DNA of 64,000 bases. Source: an uncultured Gemmatimonadales bacterium. Its GTDB lineage: Bacteria; Gemmatimonadota; Gemmatimonadetes; Longimicrobiales; RSA9. A program made the translations under genes and the position numbers. Where the stretch lies: positions 672,001 to 736,000 of the forward strand of contig CAWAMW010000016.1 of the NCBI GenBank assembly GCA_963783305.1. The letters are read 5' to 3'. Below the pieces are notes generated by a model, which saw only the letters and a program-made list of their open reading frames with translations, made no database searches and was not told the DNA's origin. Below, one piece after another: positions 58,751 to 64,000 of this stretch (positions within the stretch are counted from its first letter, which is position 1; every line of letters starts with the position of its first letter).

Positions 58751-60055
58751 ATGCCGGTCGTCGGGCTGCTGCTGGTGGCCGCGGCGACGCTCGGCTGCGC
58801 TCAGCCGGGAACGCCGCCAGGCGGGGAGATCGATCGTTTCCCGCCGCGCGTGCGGTCGGTCTCGCCGGCGGCCTTCGACACCATCACCGATCGCGACGCC
58901 CGGGTGGTGATCCGGTTCGACGAGCGGATCAGCGAGCGGCTGGAGGGTGTCCGCAACTGGGAGGAGGCCGTCCTGGTCTCTCCCATCACCAGCCCCGTGG
59001 AGGTGGACGCCGGTCGGAGTGGGATCGAGGTTTCGCTGGTCCGTGGGTGGGAGCCGAACCAGGTGTACAGGGTGACGGTGCGACCCGTGTTCCGTGACCT
59101 CTTTGGCAACGTTCGGCGGGAGCCGGTCACGCTCGTGTTCAGTACCGGCGCAGCCATCCCGCAATCCGCGCTGGCGGGGTTCGTCGTGGACGGTATCACG
59201 CGCCGGGTCGTGCCGGATGCCCGCGTGGAGGCGGTGCGTCGGATCGATGGGACCCGCTACGTGGCCGTCACCGACACGGCGGGGTTCTTCGCCATGCCGT
59301 TCATGCCCGCCGGCGCTTTCGACGTGCGCGCCTGGATCGACCAGGACCGGAGTCTCGAGCCCGAGTTCATGGAGCCGCAGGACAGCACGGACGTGGCTTT
59401 CGCGGTGGGGGACACAGCGGTCGTGGATCTGGCGCTGTTACGGCCCGATACCGTCCCCGCACGGCTCGCCCGCGCGGAGCCCATGGACTCGCTCCGCGTG
59501 CGACTCCACTTCGACGACTACTTCGCAGCGGGCCCCGTACCCGGACGCGCCACGCTGTACTCGCTACCGGACAGCACCCTCCTGGGCCCCGGTGAGCTGG
59601 TGCATGCGTCGCGGCTCGATTCGCTCATGGCGCTGGACGCCGCCGCGGCGGCGCTGCGCGATGAGACCCGGGCGGTGCTCGACTCGCTGCGGCAGGAGGC
59701 CGCGCCGCTGGCGGACAGCACGGAGGCAGGCGGGGCGGAGCGCGAGAGCGCGGCGGTGGCCATCGCTCTCGAGCGTCTCGAGGCCGAGCGGGCGGCGGTG
59801 GGCGCGGGTGGGCGGGGAACGGGCGAGCCGCTCCCCGCGCAGCAGCTCATCATGGTCTCCCCGGTCCCCCTGCGGCCCGGCGAAAGCTACTACGTGCGGG
59901 TCAGCGGGCTCACCAACATCCAGGGTGTGCCGGGCGGGGGCGGTGTGGCCCGCTTCGAGACACCGGCGGCGCGGGCGCGCGGCGCGGCGGAAGCGACGGA
60001 TACCGTGCCCGCCGACACCACGGCGGGCGACGCAGGCGGCGCGGAGGGAGCGTGA
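58751..60055 (+). CDS. Lipoprotein with an Ig-like (Big_5-type) domain
   Basis: TLG-CAQPGTPPGGEIDRFPP; IRFDERI; FSTG. Confidence 0.72.
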   Translation: MPVVGLLLVAAATLGCAQPGTPPGGEIDRFPPRVRSVSPAAFDTITDRDARVVIRFDERISERLEGVRNWEEAVLVSPITSPVEVDAGRSGIEVSLVRGWEPNQVYRVTVRPVFRDLFGNVRREPVTLVFSTGAAIPQSALAGFVVDGITRRVVPDARVEAVRRIDGTRYVAVTDTAGFFAMPFMPAGAFDVRAWIDQDRSLEPEFMEPQDSTDVAFAVGDTAVVDLALLRPDTVPARLARAEPMDSLRVRLHFDDYFAAGPVPGRATLYSLPDSTLLGPGELVHASRLDSLMALDAAAAALRDETRAVLDSLRQEAAPLADSTEAGGAERESAAVAIALERLEAERAAVGAGGRGTGEPLPAQQLIMVSPVPLRPGESYYVRVSGLTNIQGVPGGGGVARFETPAARARGAAEATDTVPADTTAGDAGGAEGA

Positions 60056-61494
60056 CGGACCCGCGGCGGCGGATCCCGTCGGTGGAGGCCTTGCTGTCTG
60101 CCTCGGCGTTCGTACCGCTGGTGGAGACGAGGAGCCGGGGCCGGGTGACGGAGGTCCTGCGGTCGGTGCTGGAGCAGACGCGGGACCAGTTGGACGCAGT
60201 GGGCGGGGTAGCGGGACAGGAGGGGCTGGACCAACTGGAGGACGCTGCCTGGTACGCCGACCGGGTGGCGGAGCGCCTGGCCCGGGCGGAGCGGCCATCG
60301 CTGAGGAGTGTGATCAACGCCAGCGGGGTGGTGCTGCACACGAACCTGGGGCGAGCGCCGCTGGCAGATTCGGCCCGTCGCGCCATGCTGGATGCGGCAG
60401 GGTACGCGTCTCTGGAATACGATCTGGAGGAGGGGCGACGGGGCGCACGCGGCCACTGTGAGGGTCTGCTCCGGGAGTTGACGGGCGCGGAGGCGGCACT
60501 GGTGGTGAACAACAACGCCGCGGCCGTGGTGCTCGCGCTCAACTCGCTGGCCGAAGGGAAGAGCACGGTCATCAGTCGCGGGGAGCTGGTGGAGATCGGC
60601 GGCTCGTTCCGGGTTCCGGAGATCATGGCGAAGAGCGGGGCGCGGATGGTGGAGGTGGGCGCCACCAATCGAACGCATCGGCGCGACTACGCAGATGCGC
60701 TGGCGCAGGGGGCGGGTCTGATCCTGAAAGTGCACCGCTCGAACTTCCGCCTGGAGGGCTTCACCGCGGAGGTCCCGGCCCGGGAACTGGCGGATCTGGC
60801 CCGGGGTGCGGGGATCCCGTTTGTCCACGACCTGGGCTCGGGAGCGCTGGTGGACCTGACGGAGCTGGGGCTCCCGCCCGAGCTCTCGGCGGGGCAGGCG
60901 CTGGCGGAGGGGGCGGACGTGGTGACCATGAGCGGGGATAAGCTCCTGGGCGGGCCCCAGGCCGGAATCCTGCTCGGCCGCCGGGACCTGCTGGACCTCA
61001 TGCGGTCCAACCCGCTCCACCGTGCGTTCCGCAGCGACAAGCTGACCCTCGCCGCCCTCGAGGCCACGCTGGCGTTGTATCGCGACGGCCGTGCCCGCGC
61101 CGAGATCCCCGTGCTCCGGATGCTCGCCGCCGAGCCGGAACGCCTGCTGGAACGGGCAGAGTCGCTGGCGCGCCGGCTTCGGAGCGCCGGCGTCGAGGCG
61201 GAGTCGGTGGAGGCCACCGCGGCCGTCGGTGGCGGTGCGTATCCCGGGGTGGAGCTGCCCGGCGCTGTCGTGGCGGTGTCCGGATCGGAGGGGGCGGAGG
61301 CGCTGGCCCGGCGGCTGCGCCTCGGCTCGCCCCCGGTGGTCGGTCGGGTGCGGGACGGTCGCGTGCTGCTGGCGCCGCGGACGGTGGGAGCGGAACAGGA
61401 GGATGCGCTGATCGGCGCGGTGGCGGCCGCGGTGCAGGCGGGCGTGGCGGGAGTGGCGGGTGTGGGGCGATCCGGGGCGGGGGAGGGGCGGTGA
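60052..61494 (+). CDS. selA: L-seryl-tRNA(Sec) selenium transferase
   Basis: VINASGVVLHTNLGRA, VNNNAAA, SRGELVEIGGSFR, SGDKLLGGPQAG. Confidence 0.95.
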   Translation: MTDPRRRIPSVEALLSASAFVPLVETRSRGRVTEVLRSVLEQTRDQLDAVGGVAGQEGLDQLEDAAWYADRVAERLARAERPSLRSVINASGVVLHTNLGRAPLADSARRAMLDAAGYASLEYDLEEGRRGARGHCEGLLRELTGAEAALVVNNNAAAVVLALNSLAEGKSTVISRGELVEIGGSFRVPEIMAKSGARMVEVGATNRTHRRDYADALAQGAGLILKVHRSNFRLEGFTAEVPARELADLARGAGIPFVHDLGSGALVDLTELGLPPELSAGQALAEGADVVTMSGDKLLGGPQAGILLGRRDLLDLMRSNPLHRAFRSDKLTLAALEATLALYRDGRARAEIPVLRMLAAEPERLLERAESLARRLRSAGVEAESVEATAAVGGGAYPGVELPGAVVAVSGSEGAEALARRLRLGSPPVVGRVRDGRVLLAPRTVGAEQEDALIGAVAAAVQAGVAGVAGVGRSGAGEGR

Positions 61495-62066
61495 TGGACG
61501 AGGCGCGGCCGACAGGAGGGCGACGGGCCGTGTTCGTGGACCGTGATGGGACGCTGATCCGCGAGCGGGAGTACCTGGCGGAGCCCGGCCGTGTGGAGCT
61601 GGTGCCAGGCGCCCTGGAGTCGCTCGCGGCGTTCGAGGCGGCGGGGTACGCCATCGTCGTGGTGACGAATCAGTCCGGGATCGCCCGGGGATACTATGAC
61701 GAGGCGGCGTACCGGGCCGTGGAAGCGGAGGTGGAGTCGCGGCTGGAGGCGGGCGGGGTCCGTGTTCTCGCGACGTACCACTGCCCCCACCACCCGGACA
61801 TCACCGGCCCCTGCGACTGCCGCAAGCCGGCCCCGGGGCTCTTCCTGCGGGCCGCACGCGAGCATGGCCTGAACCTCTCCCTGTCGGTCTACATCGGGGA
61901 CCGGCTGCGGGACATCCAGCCCGGGATCGAGCTGGGCGGCACGGCCATCCTGGTCCGGACGGGATACGGAGCGGCCGAAGAGCGGGAGGCCTCCGCCGCT
62001 GTGACCGTGGTGGATGATCTGGGGGGCGCCGCGGCGGTGGCGGGTGTGGTGGCGGAGGGGTTTTGA
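61491..62066 (+). CDS. gmhB: D-glycero-D-manno-heptose bisphosphate phosphatase-like HAD protein
   Basis: FVDRDGTL, VTNQSGIARG, CPHHP...CDCRKP, IGDRLRD. Confidence 0.85.
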   Translation: MMDEARPTGGRRAVFVDRDGTLIREREYLAEPGRVELVPGALESLAAFEAAGYAIVVVTNQSGIARGYYDEAAYRAVEAEVESRLEAGGVRVLATYHCPHHPDITGPCDCRKPAPGLFLRAAREHGLNLSLSVYIGDRLRDIQPGIELGGTAILVRTGYGAAEEREASAAVTVVDDLGGAAAVAGVVAEGF

Positions 62067-62091
62067 CACCCGGGGCCGCCTTGCCTAATGT
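62063..62091 (+). promoter_or_regulatory. sigma70-like promoter
   Basis: TTGACA-17-TAATGT upstream of the Fe-S carrier gene. Confidence 0.65.
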
Positions 62092-62169
62092 AGGCGCGAA
62101 ACCTGCGCGCCCGAATCGGGTACACAGGTCGAGCGAGGTTCAGAAAACAGTACACCAGCAGGAGGAGTC

Positions 62170-62499
62170 ATGACCATTACGGTCACGCCCAACGCGATTG
62201 CGGAAGTGCAGAAGTTCATGGAAGAGCAGGGCGCGGCGGAGACTGCGGGCCTGCGGGTGGCGGTTCTGCCCGGCGGCTGCTCCGGTTTCCAGTACGGCCT
62301 GAACATAGAAGACGAGGCCCAGGGAGATGACGAGGTCTTCGAGACCAACGGTGTCCGTCTGTTCGTGGATCCCTTCAGCGGCCAGTACCTGGATGGTGTC
62401 GAGATCGATTACGTCACCACCATGATGGGCTCGGGGTTCACCTTCAAGAACCCGAACGCCACGGGCGGCTGCGGGTGCGGGAGCTCGTTCACGACCTGA
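62170..62499 (+). CDS. Iron-sulfur cluster assembly accessory protein (IscA/ErpA/HesB)
   Basis: GGCSGFQY; NPNATGGCGCGSSF. Confidence 0.95.
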   Translation: MTITVTPNAIAEVQKFMEEQGAAETAGLRVAVLPGGCSGFQYGLNIEDEAQGDDEVFETNGVRLFVDPFSGQYLDGVEIDYVTTMMGSGFTFKNPNATGGCGCGSSFTT

Positions 62500-62531
62500 A
62501 CCCGAATCGCGGCGAAGGTTGGAAGGAAGGT

Positions 62532-62564
62532 GGAAGGGCCCGGCCGAACAGGCCGGGCCCTTCC
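62532..62564 (+). terminator. Hairpin after the IscA/ErpA gene
   Basis: 14-bp perfect stem GGAAGGGCCCGGCC-GAACA-GGCCGGGCCCTTCC. Confidence 0.65.
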
Positions 62565-62697
62565 GTCATCCGGTAAGGCGGGCAGGTGTCGGGGAGAGAT
62601 TGACGGGAACATCTGACGGCCGCATATTTCCGGTCCTCCCTCGTCCCCCGGGCATCCGGCGCCGACGTCGGTGGCATTCCTTCGATTTCCGCCGCAC

Positions 62698-64000
62698 ATG
62701 ACCTATCAGCCGTCGACGGGCAGCAATCAACCGCTGGACCAGCTCGCGCTGGTGTACGCCATGGTCGATCACATCCAGCGGGCTCGCCAGGTGGACTCGG
62801 TGTACCAGGAGGCGGCGGAGGGCCTGCGGAATGTGCTCTCGGCGGACCGGTCCGCGCTGTTGACCGAGGAGCGCGGCGCCGGAATGCGACTGCGGGCGTG
62901 GGGCGGCCTGTCGGCCGCGGGCCGTCGCGCCTTGAACGGCTACTCTCCGTGGCCGCGAGGGCAGCGGCACCCGGAACCACTGGTGATCGTCGACGCGAGC
63001 GTGGAGCGGCTGAACGAGCCCGTGTACCACGCGTTGCGGGCGGAGGGTCTGCGATCGATCGGCTGGATCCCGCTGCTCCACCGCGGGCGTCTCATCGGGC
63101 AGCTCATGCTGGGGCGGGCGGCGCGGCATCCATTCGATGCGTCGGAGCTGCGGCTCGCGGAGGTGATCGCAGGGCACGTGGCGTTCTCGATCTGGCGAAC
63201 GCAGAGCGACGAGGATCAGGCAGAGCTGCTGAGGCGGTTCGAGGCGGAGCGGTCGGTGCTGGAATCGGTCGTGAAGCAGATGCCGGCGGGCGTGCTGCTG
63301 GCCGACGTACCGAGCGGCCGGATCATCACGAGCAACGCTCACGTCAGCGCGATCTGGCGGAAGACGCTGCGGCACGCGGAGCGGGTGAGCGATTACGCCA
63401 TGTGGGGCGGGATCGACAACGACGGCGTGGCACTGGACGCGCGGTTGTGGCCGCTGGCCCGGTCGGTGGAGACGGGGGAGACGGTCCAGGGCGAGGAGAT
63501 CCGGATCGAGCGCGGCGATGGCACCCGTGGGATCGTGCGGATGAGCTCGGCCCCGGTGGTGGACAGCCGAGGTCGCCAGCTCGCGGCGGTGGCGACCCTC
63601 TTCGACGTCACGCGGGAGCGCGAGCAGGAACTCCGTAACGCCTTCCTCGAGGACGCCACCCAGGTTTTGAACGCCTCGCTGGAGCTCGAGGCCACCCTGC
63701 GCATGGTGGCGAGCGTGGCGGTGGGCCGGTACGCGGACTGGGCGGTGCTGCACGAAGTCGATGGCGATTCGCTGGACGTGACCGTCGTCGAGCACGTGGA
63801 CGGTGATGGGGCGCCCACGGTCCTCCAGGCGTTCGTCGACAGAGCGTTCTCCCTGGATGGAACGCACCCGATCGCACGTGCGGTACGGGGGCGGGAGCCG
63901 GTGCTGGTCGCCGACAATCCGACCGACGCCGTAGCCATGCTGGCGGGTGAGGACGAGGAGCTGGCGGAGGCGGCGCGGGAGATCGGGTGTCGTTCGGCCG
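62698..64000 (+). CDS. GAF-PAS-GAF sensor protein, 3' truncated (likely kinase or phosphatase output)
   Basis: Own translation, absent from the ORF track: MTYQPST...AEGLRSIGWIPLLHRGRLIG (GAF), VVKQMPAGVLLAD...FDVTRE (PAS), LNASLELEATL (GAF); TTGACG-17-CATATT at 62600..62628. Confidence 0.8.
   Translation, partial: MTYQPSTGSNQPLDQLALVYAMVDHIQRARQVDSVYQEAAEGLRNVLSADRSALLTEERGAGMRLRAWGGLSAAGRRALNGYSPWPRGQRHPEPLVIVDASVERLNEPVYHALRAEGLRSIGWIPLLHRGRLIGQLMLGRAARHPFDASELRLAEVIAGHVAFSIWRTQSDEDQAELLRRFEAERSVLESVVKQMPAGVLLADVPSGRIITSNAHVSAIWRKTLRHAERVSDYAMWGGIDNDGVALDARLWPLARSVETGETVQGEEIRIERGDGTRGIVRMSSAPVVDSRGRQLAAVATLFDVTREREQELRNAFLEDATQVLNASLELEATLRMVASVAVGRYADWAVLHEVDGDSLDVTVVEHVDGDGAPTVLQAFVDRAFSLDGTHPIARAVRGREPVLVADNPTDAVAMLAGEDEELAEAAREIGCRSA

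Noticed and set aside
62170..62499. Possible HesB-like selenoprotein near selA
   Set aside because: All three ligands are normal Cys codons and there is no internal UGA.
1..64000. tRNA (including tRNA-Sec), rRNA, IS, integrase or prophage
   Set aside because: None recognisable by eye; intergenic gaps are short and accounted for. A tRNAscan/Infernal run would be definitive.

Overview
GC-rich bacterial chromosomal window. Gene content and lineage-type hypothetical proteins suggest Gemmatimonadota; this is an inference. It is mostly housekeeping: gatA-gatB; murA; rimP-nusA-L7Ae-infB-DUF503-rbfA-truB-ribF; rpsO-pnp-M16 peptidase-ald-dut; mreBCD-mrdA-rodA-accD-folC-hisS-proS-lysA-guaA; clpB, trxA, rsmI; valS-selA-gmhB; an IscA/ErpA-type carrier; and a partial GAF/PAS sensor. 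I saw no rRNA, tRNA, CRISPR array or mobile element. The strongest hidden signal is an OsmC-like gene (12243..12740) that the ORF track splits at an in-frame UGA. The UGA falls at the first catalytic Cys position and is followed by a SECIS-like hairpin, and selA is present in the window, so this is a probable selenoprotein. It is translationally coupled to a small unannotated 4-Cys protein and to pgeF. Other notable items are a PTS-EIIA + PII-like + cation/H+ antiporter module, a JAB-domain DinG helicase, four sigma54-like promoters upstream of stress-type or small genes, a poly-C frameshift in a membrane TPR protein, a probable CTG start for mreB, an Asp-type MurA and several leaderless-gene candidates.
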